DNA of 64,000 nucleotides from Stylophora pistillata (Eukaryota): NCBI RefSeq assembly GCF_002571385.2, contig NW_019217788.1, positions 769,251 to 833,250 of the forward strand, read 5' to 3'. Shown piece by piece: positions 13,080 to 26,659 of this stretch (position 1 is its first letter; each line of letters starts with the position of its first letter). The notes under the pieces were generated by a model. It saw only the letters and a program-made list of their open reading frames with translations, ran no database searches and was not told where the DNA came from. The position numbers and the translations under genes were made by a program.

Positions 13080-13093
13080 GTTACCATAGGAAC
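13080..13093. promoter_or_regulatory. RFX X-box in the EFCAB10/SET bidirectional promoter
   Basis: GTTACCATAGGAAC matches the X-box consensus GTYNCY-AT-RGNAAC and lies 44 bp upstream of the EFCAB10 ATG. Confidence 0.65.
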
Positions 13094-13502
13094 AAAGCTT
13101 TGTCAGCGGCTTCTAGTTTCATGCCCAGTGCCTGCTCATACATTGTGCCGAATTTGACTTTTCTCTCACTCTCTCTCTCCCTATCATTAGGTTTTTTCAA
13201 TGGAACCCTTTCCTTAGAGTTGTTCCAGACAAAAAAGTAGTATATATTTTTTCATCGATATCACCGAAAAGTCATCAGACCTTTTACTCCGTCTTATTCG
13301 CTTCATGCTCCATTCTGAAACACGGTTTTTGCCAGCTGAGTGTACATGTACTGTATGATTCAGGTTCCCTCACGTGTAGTTTCCCTTCCAGTAACAGCTT
13401 TAACTACAAATCATGCTGTTCTTTTCGATGGGAGATTTGCATCGGATTTTCCACACAAATGGAAAGAGCTTCTATTATTGATAATAGCGTGTTATTTTAA
13501 AA

Positions 13503-15887
13503 ATGGTCACTATAACAGAGGATATATCGATGGGAAAGGAGAAAGTTAAAGTTCCAGTGGTGAATGAACTTGATGGCAGCCGGCCGACCGAATTTGGGGT
13601 AAATTGTTTAAGTGTACAGAATTTATGAACTCGATTTATCAATCATGCCCTTACTATCTTTCTTCTTGCAAACAGTGGGACTTGTTATAATCGATGTCGT
13701 TTTGTTTAGTACCTTGTTTTTTTGTTGTTGTTTTTAGTACACTCCGGTATGTATCAGTGGGCCAAATGTTAGTGTGCCATTTAATTCTCCATTTTATCCT
13801 GGATGTGGATGTCAGCAGGCATTGTGCACAAAAGACAAATGCTCCTGCATACAGAGTTATGGACCATCTTACAATGAAGAAGGATGCCTTCAAATCTTCA
13901 ATCAACCAACTGGCAAGTAACACAGATTTACTTTGTTCTTAACATTGTCTGTAGTAGATGGGTTACTTGATAATAATTTAGCTTTTATGTTGGTTAATTG
14001 AGGACCAATATGTGAAGATTTGAATACTTACTGTGTCTAATGGTGAAACAATCTTCAAGATCCTCTTAGATCATGAAAAATCTTTGAGGATGATAAAAAG
14101 ATGTTCGTAGATCTTAAATGACAAAGGTCAAGAAATATGTTTGAGGATATTTGAAGGATCTTTGAGGATCTTTTAAAAAAAGATCCAGAAAAGATCTGCA
14201 AAAGAGATCTTTGAAGAAAACAATGGTTTAGAGATCCTTCAGGGATTTGAAAGATCTTGAAAATGGTCTTCACTAAGGTTTTAAGAATATTAATTGGTTT
14301 AGTAAAGATCTAAGTGAAAAACTTGCCTTTGGCTTCTTCTGTAGAAAAACCGAGTGGTCCTCTACATCAGAGTGTATTCCAGTTTCCTTGCTTAATATGA
14401 TTTCTACTGTTCCTAGAAGAGTTACACATACACTTGTGCATCACAGACTCCCCAGCATTTTGTAAGGTTCCTTGACATTTCACCAAGACCTGAGATGTTA
14501 TAATGTTGGGTGGAAAAAGGTGCTGCGAAGGTGAAATGTCTTCCTTAAGAACACAATGCAATTACCTCGGCCACAGCTTGAACCCAGTTTCAAATCCTAA
14601 GTAACAACAACCGGCCATATCAACCATTGCGCCTGTTTGTTTTGGACAGGAACCCAGTAAAACGATAAGTCTCATAGATATATATCAACTCTCCTCTATG
14701 ATTGACTGTAGATGAAAAAGTAAACTACTTGGTCAAAAGATTGTTCATGAACACTGATTCTTTAATTTTTAAAGGTACATTTGAATCCAAAAATGAAAGA
14801 GTCTTCAGGGTGACTATGATAAACTGATAAATTCTCCTTTCAATTTTTACTTGCACTTCCTTCTGAATTAAAGGGAGAATTTGACATAAAATGTATTTGT
14901 AGAAGAAGAGAAATTCATTAGTTCACTCTTTTACTCCTAGGATCTCTTTACTAATTCTCCATACTGTCTTACATACAATTCTTATAGTGTTAGTCTGGGG
15001 AATTTGGTATTGGATCAACTGTTAATCCCCTTATTCTTATTACTTATCTGCTTGATTTTGTATTGAAATTGTAAGGAGAAATTCTGTCTTGGTCACTCAT
15101 GAAATTTAAATGTTTAAGAGAGAATGGAAATGCTTTTTTTTTTTGTTCACTCAGTGGTTCTTTAGCTAAAATGCAGCAGCCAATTGTTTCTAAAATGTAC
15201 TTTGAGTTTAATTTTCACGGGTTATTGTCTATAGAGTTTTCGCAACCAGTGTTTGAATGCAACAGTCACTGTCCGTGCTCCAGATCATGTCAGAACAGAG
15301 TGGTTCAGAATGGACAACATCTTCAACTGCAGGTTTTCAAAACTTATTGCAAAGGTTGGGGCTTAAGGACTTTGGAAAACATAAAAGAATGTACTTTTGT
15401 GTGTGAATATGCTGGTGAACTTATTTCAATCAAAGAAGCTAAAAAGCGCGCTCAGGAACTGACTGACGAGACAGGGAATTATTTGATTGTTCTCAGAGAA
15501 CACAGTTCGAATGACGACCAAATTCTAAGAACTCACGTGGATGCTCGTTTCCATGGAGGTGCGTCACGTTTTATCAATCACTCCTGCAACCCTAATCTAA
15601 TAATGGTACCAGTGAGAGTTGATTCCATCGTTCCACATCTGGCTCTCTTTGCGGCCAGAAATATAGACAGTGGAGAAGAGCTCTCCTTTGACTATTCAGG
15701 GGAATTTGATTACTGGCATTCACATGAAACGAACGATGAACATCATGAATTGAAAGCTCTGCAAGACCAAAGGAAGGACCGAAAAAGTTGTCAATGTGGT
15801 GCAGTAAACTGCAGAGAATATCTTCCCTTTGATTCTTCTCTGTATTCCTCTGAAAGCCACCAAGCAATTAGTCCAGTGAATGGCTAA
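13503..15887 (+). CDS. SETMAR: SETMAR-like histone-lysine N-methyltransferase (pre-SET/SET/post-SET, no transposase), ~307 aa
   Basis: Exons 13503-13598, 13738-13912 and 15235-15887. Motifs DISMGKEKVKVP, pre-SET GCGC...C...CSC, VFECNSHCPC...CQNRVVQ, KGWGLRT, FVCEYAGE, RFINHSCNPN, GEELSFDY and post-SET CQCGAVNCREYL. Confidence 0.88.
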
Positions 15888-15925
15888 CTACAGGAAGACA
15901 CATGGAAAGATTGGGATTCTAATAA

Positions 15926-16291
15926 TAGAGAGATTTAACACCGCGTTTACGTGAAACGGCAAAGGTCAGCTAGCCCTTCCACGTTTCACGTAAAACAGCG
16001 TGAACCTTACTGCTTTAACTTCGCGGGAGCTCATGTTATACTGGATTTAAAGGCGCCCTTGTCTGACACACAAGGAATAGTTTTGGTGCACCTTTTCCGG
16101 CGATTAACTTCTACTTTGTGATAGGAAAAGTAAAGAGGATCCTATGTACACGACAAGCGCGAAAAAGATGACTTTCACGAAAAAACGGCTGAGCACAACC
16201 GGCAAATGTGAACAAATGGCGGGTTAAAGCAGGGTCACGTGGTCACTCTTGCCGTAAACGTTTCACGAGAACACGGTGTTAAATCTCTCTA
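15926..16291. mobile_element. MITE immediately downstream of the SET gene stop
   Basis: TIRs tagagagatttaacaccg and cggtgttaaatctctcta. Confidence 0.75.
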
Positions 16292-17520
16292 ATGTCATGA
16301 GCAACTACAGATTACGTAATCGGTGGCTGTACCCAATTTTATTTGTAACGAAAGACAATGTTTCCAGTGATACTGTGTTAATCACCAATACCCTGCTTAA
16401 GTATGGTTTGTTTTAATTTGCTCAAGTATAGTTTTTGCTGATATATACAGTGCGCATAACGTTTCAGACATTCTGTGATTGGTCCAGGAAACTCGTGCCA
16501 ACCAACCAACCAATCAAACGGAAAACCAATCGCGCCTGGGTCACTCACGTTTTCCCGCGCGTAAGGCAGTTTGTTTGTTTTTGCTCTACTTTCTTATTGG
16601 TTGCTTGTGATAGTCTCCTTTTTCTTGATTGGTTGTCGCGATCACCCGATGCTTTCACAACAACTGATGGGAATGCACTCTAACCAGTGGGCCTTTCACT
16701 TTGAGTGATTTTCTCCCTTCCATATATTCAGCCTTCTATCTGTGAGTGAAAAAAATTAAGAAAGAAGGATAAACTTAGTAAAATTCGCTCTACAATTTTG
16801 TTACTAAGGTATATCAATATCCAAAAGTTAGTAGGGTTGTAAGAAAGGAACAAGTTTCTTTTGTGAGTTTCGAAAACAAGAAAGAACATTGTGATTCGCT
16901 TTTTCCTAGGAACAGGGAACAAAAAAAGGTTATTTTGTGTCCTTCACGAGGGAAATCGATTTTCATACCTTAGGATTTCGTGCGAGCAATTTCGTGATTC
17001 GGTGCTCTGCCACTGAGCTTCATAGAATTCGATGGTGAGACAGGTCATTATAAGGTTTATATGTGGCAAGCTACCAAGAAATTTGGTTTTATCAACTGAG
17101 TTAATAAGATGTTGTAGAGCGTTTTCAAGGATTGATATTTCAAGTATTTTTAGGTTTACCTTTTGTTTTATTAAGTCTCGCCTTTTTGCGTCTACGTTGT
17201 TATTTTGATGAATCTATAGTTTTGATCATTTATTTTTAGTGTGTGCTTGAACTGGCTCAGTACTTACCGTGCTAGACATTTTAATCGCTTGTTATGGTTG
17301 AGGATAACTAGTTTGCTAGGTGGTCATGTTTGGGTTGGTAAAACTGACCTTGAGTTTTACCCACACTGAATATCTTGTTTTGGAAATTCCCACGGTCAGC
17401 TAACCCAAACATGTCTGTGATTTTTACATTAAATGAGAGGGCACTCCTCGCTGAAGTCAGAAGAAGAAGAGAAATAGCTGTGGTAGTAGAAGGTAGTAGC
17501 AACAATAGAAGAGAAGAGAN

Positions 17521-17735
17521 ACCATGACTTTGCATTTATCGGCGTTAAGCTGCATCTTCAGTGCTATGTACCAATCCTTTGCGACTTTGACAGCGGTTTG
17601 AGCGGTAGATGGTACCAGCAACCAGACAGGGTAAACCTTTGGGCAGCCTCCTTGGCCTAAGCCACACCCAAAGTGACTCGAAGTCGGGGTCCGAAAATTC
17701 ATCGAGCGACTTAAATTTGATGGAATTGTTGTAGA
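17521..17735 (-). mobile_element. Internally deleted LINE relic (endonuclease fragment fused to RT fragment)
   Basis: FESLWVWLRPRRLPKGLPCLVAGTIY (APE-like) is joined to DWYIALKMQLNADKCKVM (post-YADD RT region). Confidence 0.65.
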
Positions 17736-18199
17736 GCATTTTCAAGGATTCATATTTCGAGTACTTTTAGGTTTACCTTGTGTTTTATTAAGTCTCGCCT
17801 TTTCGTCCCTACGTGCTATTTTGGTAGATCTATAGTTTTGATCATTTATTTTTAGTGGGTGCTTGAACTTGGCTCAGTTCTTACCGTGCTAGACATTTTG
17901 GTCGCTTGTTATGGTTGAGGATAACTAGTTTGCTAGGTGGTCATGTTTGGGTTGGTAAAACTGACCTTGAGTTTTACCCACACTGAATATCTTGTTTTGG
18001 AAATTCCCACGGTCAGCTAACCCAAACATGTCTGTGATTTTTACATTAAATGAGAGGGCACTCCTCGCCGAAGAGAAGAAGAGAAATAGCTGTGGTAGTA
18101 GAAGGTAGTAGCAACGATAGAAGAGAAGAGAATAAAAGAAGAAAAGTATTGAGTCTTGATACCTCTTGTTAATTCGCCAAGCGAGTGAAAAAACCCCCA

Positions 18200-18570
18200 C
18201 AACAAAGGTAAATAAAGGGCTCACGCTCGAAACGTCAGCTTTTGGAATCGTTACGGTGGCCAATTTACCACTCCAACTTTGTTGATATATCCAAATTATT
18301 TCGTTTCTCCCACCGAAGCAGCCCCAAACAGTCTCTTTCGAAACCATCAGCCTTTATTCAAAGATAAATGGGCCAACGTGAAGAATTTTTAAGCTGACGT
18401 TTCGAGCGCGAATGGCGGAGGGCTAACGCTCGCAACGTCAGCTTAGAAATTCTTTACAATGTTCAATTTACATTTTCAACTCAGTTGACAAAACCAAATT
18501 ATGTTGCTGTACTCCCCAACGACGTAGCACCACAGTTTCTTCAGAAACTGAACTTACCTCCCCTTTATTC
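18200..18570. mobile_element. Penelope-like terminal repeats (direct plus inverted), hammerhead cores partly eroded
   Basis: gggctcacgctcgaaacgtcagct, agctgacgtttcgagcg and gggctaacgctcgcaacgtcagct, with the family tail cagcaccacagtttct. Confidence 0.65.
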
Positions 18571-18674
18571 ATAAGCCTCAAAACAGTTCGATAAATCAGC
18601 AAATAAAACTCTGACTAGATAGGAATTTGTTTTTATGCAGGTATATTCTTTTGAAGGTACTCGGATCGACCTTG

Positions 18675-21600
18675 TCAAGGAGAGATCTTTTGGGTTCGCT
18701 TATGAGAATAAACAGTAATACTGAACGTGTTAAAATCCCCAAATATACAAATGGAGAGAAACTCCATGGAAGTCTCGGAAATGGAGCGCTCCATTGCGAC
18801 TCTTGTGAAAGTGTCCAACGTCACTTGAAAGGGCATTAAATAAAAAAAAAGGCTTAAGTTAGGAACGCTTTTGAGTGATGCTGCTATTATATGATGTCCG
18901 ATAGCGTAAAAACTGCGAATCCGCTTACCAGGCGATTCCGTTTTACAGTAGCCACAGGAATAAGGACACCACTTTTTCATGAACGACATCCAATGCTGAC
19001 AATAACCGTCGAAAGATGCGAAATATTTGCATCTGTTTTGAAAGACATCAAGGCATTTACCTGGAAGAGGATGGAACTAATTAACTCTCTTAACAAGTTA
19101 AGAACTTTTCGATTGTGGTTCGTAAAACCAAAACCAAAGTTATCCTAGCAGCCAATTAGAACAAAGAAAATTACTGTAAGGATTATAGTTTTGAATTTGA
19201 TTGGTTTAGAGAGTAGCGCGTGTTTCCTTACCCAATCAGACAGCAAAGGAAACCTTAACCGACGCAATCCAGCGTTACTATCCGCACTCAATTGAAAATT
19301 TCTTTGGTCAACAAACAGACTAACTTTCAATATTATTAATTTTTATGCGGCGACGACGAGGAGCATAACTTACAGAGAGAACAATTAGAGTGAAAGTGCA
19401 GTTAGACCCGTAAAACAACAAATTACCATACGCGAACTTACTTTCTGGAGATCTCTCTTTCTTCTTGTTTTTTGGTTTCTTATCCCAAACCTTACACGGA
19501 TAACTCTTCAACAGCTGCTTTATGTCAATTTCGCTAAAATCATCCATATTCCCCAAGGATCTGTGAGGATCCGCTAAAGACTGCAGGGTGTCAAGGCCGT
19601 TTTTGCTGAAAGCTTGGTTGTCATAATGCATAAGACTATCGAAGTCGTACGGTTCTCCGGCACTGTCAAGTCGATCAGGACCGTAACTTTCGAAATTCTT
19701 TTCGAATCCTTCGAGAAATGATAACCACCTATCATTAGAATGTAACAAATGGATGCCGATGCCAGGGTTATCTGGATCAGTAACCCCGCAGTTTTTACAG
19801 CCGGTCCACAATGTCTCTAAAGCTCTAGTCAGTACCTTCCCTCCCCTCCCCTCCCCTCCGTATCTCTTTTCATCAGGGCACCCGTCCAATAGATATATAA
19901 AGTTAGTACTGAATGCTAAAGGTGTCAGATGTCAGACGAGTGCTGCATTTTAACTCTTTCACTGGCCAGATCTAGATACCAGTCCTTTGCAATGTGTGCC
20001 ACACATTTCTCATAATTTCATTTAGGTCAGAGAATTTGTAATGAAGTCAAGGATCATTCTCAGGTTAACATATCTTTTTCTCATCAACTTCCTGCTTGAA
20101 AATGTATGGATACTGAGAGGAAAAATTCGTTTTTGGTCAATTGTAAAAGTGAACGGTTGATTAACCACATTCAATCTGTTTAAACGGAGCCTGTAGCCTT
20201 GGTCGATTTCATCTGGTCGATGCTAACAGGAAATTCTCTAAGGTGCGACTTTGTGTTAAAAATAAATAAATAAAAAAGAAGTAAAAACGTAAACAACAAC
20301 AGGTCAAAACAACAAAGTTTTTGGCATTTCACGTCATACTTTCTGTGCGGTTTATCAGTACACCTCGACATTCGTGTACCAGACCCATGTTTCCTGGAAC
20401 GGCCCCAAACATATTAAACTTGGCTTATGTAGAAAAATTACCTGGCTCAATGTTCCACCACAGAACCATGATATAGTCGTCCCTGTCTGTGCGAGACTGT
20501 TCGTGAAAGAATCCCAGAGCATGCATAATCTCGTGCATGACTGTTCCTTTATATTCACATCCTTCACCTACAGAAAGTCGCTGCTTTCCACCCTTGCGAC
20601 CAATGGCTGAGAAGCAGCTGAAACGTAGATAAATTGCTGTGATCAATGAAGAGGGAACGATTAACTCTGTATCAAGGGGTCTGAGTTGGAGCCCATCGTG
20701 TCTTGTTCTTGGCCAGGACTCCTAGTGCCTCTCCCTTCCCAGGATTGTAAATGAGTTTCAGCGAGGTGCATGGATTACTTAAGAAGTACTGTGTGGGGAA
20801 GGCGGTGGGGAGAGAGATTTGCTGCGTTCCGACCTGACAGCCGATGACTCAAAAACTTTCAAAGTCGAAGAAATTAGGGTGGCTGATCAACGGGAAATGG
20901 TAGACTCCTTTTCAGGAAGTCTAGGTATTCGTACCCTGATCTGTGTCATAATTTATTTACAAGCGAATTAGACCAAAACGAGGACATTCTCAACATGTTG
21001 TAACGTTGTGTCTTGGCCAGAATTGCATCTGTTGGGAAACTTTGCATGAAAGAGTCAATAATTAAAGGAGATATGTTGTCGGGGACTGGGGCACATATTA
21101 CGTAATTATGTAACCCGTGACAATGGAAGCACGTGAATTATTAGGAGCCTACCCACCCATTCAGTTGTTAATTCGAAACTTTTGAATGAGAGAGTTAGAT
21201 TGACCATGATTGTGCGAAGACCTTGTGAATCCTGCGATTATTAAACACGTTAACATCAACTTTGTGACTTGTCTTGGATACTGTCTCAAGCGGCCGGAGA
21301 AGTCCAGAAAAATGTATGAATTTGTCTCACCCATAATTTCCTTGGAATTCCAGATAGTCCTGTTCGTTGGTGTGTGGGACAAATTTTACACAAGTCCTTT
21401 GGTGGAACTCACGTATAGCTTCCTTAATTGCTTTTAGGGCGTCTTTATCTGGAAAAAGAGAAAAAAAAAATATTAAGAAAACCTGGAAAATTAAGCCGAC
21501 ACTTCGAAGATGGTTGTCACTATTCGTGCATGGCTGGCGCTTTCTGACGCAATATGACGCAAAAACCACTTACTAAGGCTAGAATCTAATTTGTATGGTA

Positions 21601-23280
21601 CCACGCCATCCGGCCATCTTTTTATCTTGTTGCTAACAATGTCACGTTTGGTCCTTGAGTTTCCCGCCTTCAGGGCACGTCGGAGAGGTTCGGTAACCAA
21701 AATGTCGCCCTCGATTATCTCTAAGAAGTGAGAATAAAAAAACAGGGTTTAGTATTCGTATTTCACGGTTGAATTCATTGACGTCGGCGAGGCGGTGAAG
21801 CGAATACTCACCTATATTTTGCTGAAAACTTAACTTCATTTCTGTTAAAATCTGCCCTTGACTTTTGTAGTGTTTTTACATTTGGCTCGTGAAATACGAA
21901 CAGAGGCAAATGGAGTCATTGAACCAATCAGAATTCTAGCGATGACATTCTGCTAGCTGCGTCAAACGTTGAAAACGCACGTGCGTGTATCATATCCCGA
22001 TGTGTTTCGTTTATCTCCAGAAGCATTATATGTTTTCTTTTACGTGTTGATTCTCTCACGCCTTTTAAGATTATTTATCTATTTTTTTTTTATTTCAAAC
22101 TCATTCAAGTTGTTGCAGTAAAACACCTCCACCAATTTCTCTTCCGATCTCGTTTTGTTTGTTTGTTTGTTTGTTTGTTTGTTTTTTATGCCAACAAAAG
22201 TAGACATGGTCTCTGAATTTGATCAGTACCCTCTGCTCATCAAACTGAAAAAGAAATATCTTACGCAAGACAAATTAGTCATGCCAGAGCAAATGTCCGA
22301 CATAAACAAGTCTCTTAAAAAAGCCTATATTGCACGCTGTTATTATACGGTTGTATCAAACTGGAAAATTTTTAGAGAATAGAAAGAAAGTGACTTTCTT
22401 CGATGTAAAGGCGAGAGAGATCACCGCGATCAACGTCGTGGAGAAAGTTCCTATAATTGTGTCGACAGCCGTTCTCAAAACTTTTCTTTGCTTGTTTTTT
22501 TATAACAATCTTAACCTATACGCAAAAAAAATCACTCCACAAGCTGCTATAGACAAAGAACCATAGTATGGAGTCAGATTCCTCAGAAATCCATCAGAAA
22601 TTAGGTGTTTTTAGAGAGCGATGTATTAAAATTGTGTTACTGAAGCGTATTTGACAACGAAGTTTGTCAACACGCTAGATGCATTACCGAAAAAAAAAAC
22701 CGTTACGTGAATTGCGTGATTCGATGAAGTACTGCATCAATTGGAATTATTTTTTTAAACAATAACTTCAGCTTCATTAAAAGTGCATAGCAAAACTAGC
22801 GAGGATGAAATGCTATGTGGAACAATTTAGATTTCTCAACTTCCAGTCGAGAAGAGTTTATATGTGATGGACGAATTTTTTTTGTTGGTTATTCTAGCTG
22901 AAAAATTGTTCTTAATTCTACTTAGTTTAACTCGATTTCTGTGAAGAATATCTACGGAGCTAGAACAAAACAACTTTGATAACTTAAAACTATAGAGTTT
23001 TTGCAACCTATTTGTTAGGTAATGCCTGTGTCGATTTACTTGTAAAAAGTATCGTAAGTATGTAATTCCCTCTAACCCAAATCGCATTACAAGAAAAGTA
23101 AAATCCGTAACGAGTAAATTAGGAAAGCGAAACGTTGCTAAATATCGCAAATGATGCATCCTTCTTACCATCATCGCTGTTGGAATTGCGTTGACTAGGG
23201 GCAGCATATGCTGTGTTCGGATATCCTATCGATTCTGTCGTCAAGAGCGAGGCTAAAACGTAAAGTAGACGAGTTTTCAT
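18675..23280 (-). CDS. Astacin (M12A) zinc metalloprotease with a C-terminal ShKT domain; last exon uncertain
   Basis: Exons 23280-23169 (signal MKTRLLYVLASLL), 21841-21812, 21720-21574 (EGDI...RTKR), 21448-21331, 20617-20442 (HEIMHALGFFHEQSRTDRD), 19708-19442 (SLMHY Met-turn) and 19060-18929 (ShKT CLD...C...YC...FMKKWCPYSCGYC) are phase-consistent. The terminal exon near 18823-18675 is tentative. Confidence 0.9.
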
Positions 23281-26200
23281 CTTCCCGTTGCGGTGCGTCT
23301 AAGTTTTTCCCGCACAGAGGTTTCTGTTGTGGAAAAAAACAAAACATTTATACTAAATTTAAAGAACTGAGTTCACCGCAGAGTGATTTGCATATTAGAT
23401 TGTCTACAACAGTAATTGATATCGCATACTTACGTCGATAATAAACTACAGTTGATAAGAAGGGCTTTGTTGGGTAGTGGAGGCCTTGCTCTAATACACG
23501 TATTTCAAATATCGTATAGCCCGGCTGAATATCAAAGCTAGAGATCAATAACTGCGTCTCAGAGAATTGATTAATTGACTCAGTCGTTTATTAAGTATTG
23601 GGATCGAATCAAGTATTGTGCCGGCTAAATCAGACGTGAAGGCAGTTCTTTAGTAGACAATGTCGTCATTTAAACTCTTGAGGTCACGACTGACGGCCCG
23701 TGCTATCGGTAATTAACATGAGCAGCAGTTGCCTGGCAACTGCAAGCATGCAGATGTACGAGAGTTTGCTGGAGAGTGCTAGAATGTTCTTTAAGATTTA
23801 TTTCTTAATTTAAACATTTAGAACAACTTTAATGCTGATAGCCCAATAACCAATCTAGTATGGCTCATTGTATGTTTGTGTTGTCGTATCGTGCCTGCGT
23901 TGTGTCCTTTCGTTACATGTGACGTGAGGGAATGCTGCAAATTATAACTTTTTACTGCAGCGCATGAAGAGGACCACTAAAACTTTCTAGGCATTCCAAT
24001 GGGTACCATCAAGTTTTGCTGAGACATGAAAAGAATCTCAGGGATCACGTTCCTCTGTTTGGTTTTGGAAATATGTTCACGTGCAATCAGCCTAACCAAT
24101 AGTTTGGGGCTATATCGGCTGCCCCTTGAAATTAATAATTGCCCCAGACTCTCTGCAGTTAGTTTTACTGATAGTTATGACTGATGCTCTGGTGCACGCA
24201 TTAATTTGTTTTTTGTTTTTATTTCTTCTGCGGTTAGGGGCCAAAAACTACTCTTAACAGGGCGCATTGATGGCATTGTTTCAACGTACCTAAAAAGGTT
24301 CTGTAAAGTTCTCGCCGAGCTTATGATCAGTCCGCGAGGTCCTCCAATAGCAAAGAAAAGTAAGTTTTTTATTATTTATTTAATTTCAGATAAATAGCTC
24401 TACGTACAAAGAATATTGTCAGGCGCCGAGCTCAAGTAAACTTCAGCTTAAAAGTCACAAAAGTTTCTGTTTCGTCTGTTTAAAAAAAAATTCTGTCGGT
24501 TCAGTTCACAGCCTTATTTGGTACTCGGTGGGTTTCAGCTCGGATGAGCGACAGCGAACGGAAATCCATAAGATTTTAAGCACTTCTATGTGGGCCTTTT
24601 GCGTCAGCTTGCAGACCATTTTCATCTAAAAATCTAAATGGGTCAAGAATCCATAACTCATAGCATACGAACGGCTACTGGTAGAAAAAGCTCTTTTATT
24701 GGTCTTGCATGTAGCTCAGACTTTGGAGGTTCGATTCTGTCACTGAAGGATAAACCTCTCAGTTTCTGGAGTTTAGCATAGAAAACCGCAGACTTCTGTC
24801 TTCGATCCAGCACCGCTCACTGAGTCGTTAATCAGTGTTCAATGGGTAGCATGGCTGGACGTTGTACCGGCTTTTCCAGCTGTTATCCTCGGCAGGAGAG
24901 GTCGTTTTAATTTTTGGTAGAAAAGCAAGTGGCTTTTCTTCTCACTTCTATTTTCAGAAGTGGTTAATAATGATGAGCTTCCTCTCATAGGACTTCGTTA
25001 CCTAACCAATTGATTTTCAAGTTGGCACTCTTGACCTCGCGTGTGTTACGAACAGCTAACAAAGTTGGGCGGATCCGACATATAGCGCTGGTGGGAATAT
25101 ACTTCCTGTGGTTTCACAAGCCGATTAGGGCTTCACGAAAATATTTTCTTAGAATATGTTCTTTTGTATCGTCGGAAATGGCTGCGGGGGGAAAAGAACG
25201 AAATGATAGGTATCTTGCAATGCAATGGTAAAACCTGTACCACTGACCAATTGTAACTAGGACCGAACATCGCATTTCAGATGATTAATCGGCGCTTTTT
25301 GTGCTTCTTTTTTTTTTTTGTTTTTTCTTTGCAGTCGTTGTACATAGAGTTTGATAATCATGAACTACGAGACAGTTAAAAAAGGATCATGAATATCACA
25401 AAAAAAAAGTTTAAGAACAATAAATCATCGATCTAAAAAAGTGCTCCCTTCCCCGCTAAGGATGTGGACGTCATACTTATGGATCGCTTACAGATGTTCT
25501 TGATAACAGCAAGATAACAGATTCATTTGTTAAACTGTCAGCAGCACTTTCCACGCGCTATGACGGACGACTCAATGACTCTCTGTCATATCTGCACTTA
25601 GATTTTTCAAATGTGATGTTGTAAGTGAAATTTCCGTCGCCTGCTTTCACACACTGCTGTTCAAAAAAACATTTTCCCAAAAGTTTTTTGAATTTCGGTT
25701 TTCTGAAGAGATTTATCGATGAAAATTAAAGTTGACATCACCTCGTAGATCACATGTATGGTATCATCTTTATATAGAGAAACTTTGCTCTCTCGCCCGC
25801 TACAAATTACGGTTAAATTCTCAATATACCAATGACATTTTAAGCACCACATCAATGCAATTCCCTTGTTCTTTTGTCCCAATTTTTCACAATTAGCATC
25901 GATCATATGTGCGCCCCGAACTGAAGCTCCCTAAACCAGAACAATTCTCTCACCTTTGTGACGGTAAGTCCTTGAATCTTTCTCTGTAGCCGGAGGACTC
26001 AGTAATGCCTCCCCTTACTTATTAAACTAGAAATAATACAGTCTTGATGTTCATCAGTTCTATTTTCCTCCCTGTGATTAGCAGATGGTGTTGCTAACTT
26101 TGCAGGAAAAGCTTTTTGCCGATCTGACATATCCGCTATAACGCTTTCGCTACCTTTTTGAGTGCCACTTACAACTGACATTTTTTTGTGGCGTTACAAC

Positions 26201-26659
26201 GGAAATTGGAGAAACGTGTTAAAATTTGTCCTAGTGAACTTTGACTTTATATTGATTGTGAAACATCCCAAAAGTGACACAAGATATATTTCAATTCAAA
26301 TAATCGAAATCTGGCAAAACTGCTTTGGTTTAGATTTGATTTCGAGTTCAATTTTTTATTATTTATGGAGGGCCTTTATTCTACATAATCTTAAACAGTT
26401 AGTCATGAAAGTTGAAATCCAAATGCTTTCAAACTCAATCGGGGAACATTTCTTTGCCCTAAGGTATTCTTTTTGTTTCGGCTTATCGACCGACCCATTT
26501 TTACAAAAGGGAAGGCGATGGAGAAACGAAACTATTTTTTTTATAGGGGGAAGGGGTCCATAGACTGACAAAACTATTAAATACCTGCGAAGCCTTGAGG
26601 GTAAATACGAAATCAATCTCAAGAAAGTTAATTATGTTGTTACTAAAAGAGTACGAAAA

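Noticed and set aside
14050-14310. Degenerate gatctt/aagatc-rich stretch in SET intron 2
   Set aside because: Looks like an eroded simple or satellite-like repeat with no definable unit or ends.
13503-15887. SETMAR lacking the mariner transposase domain as a novelty
   Set aside because: The SET-only form is ancestral; the fusion is specific to anthropoid primates.
17110-18130. ~400-bp duplication (17110-17519 vs 17728-18130) and its ORFs
   Set aside because: It flanks a single N at 17520, so it is probably two haplotypes or a contig overlap. The ORFs are low-complexity with no recognisable domain.
24200-26620. Short ORFs and scattered splice-like signals between the astacin gene and the receptor cluster
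   Set aside because: I could not assemble a phase-consistent gene or recognise any motif.
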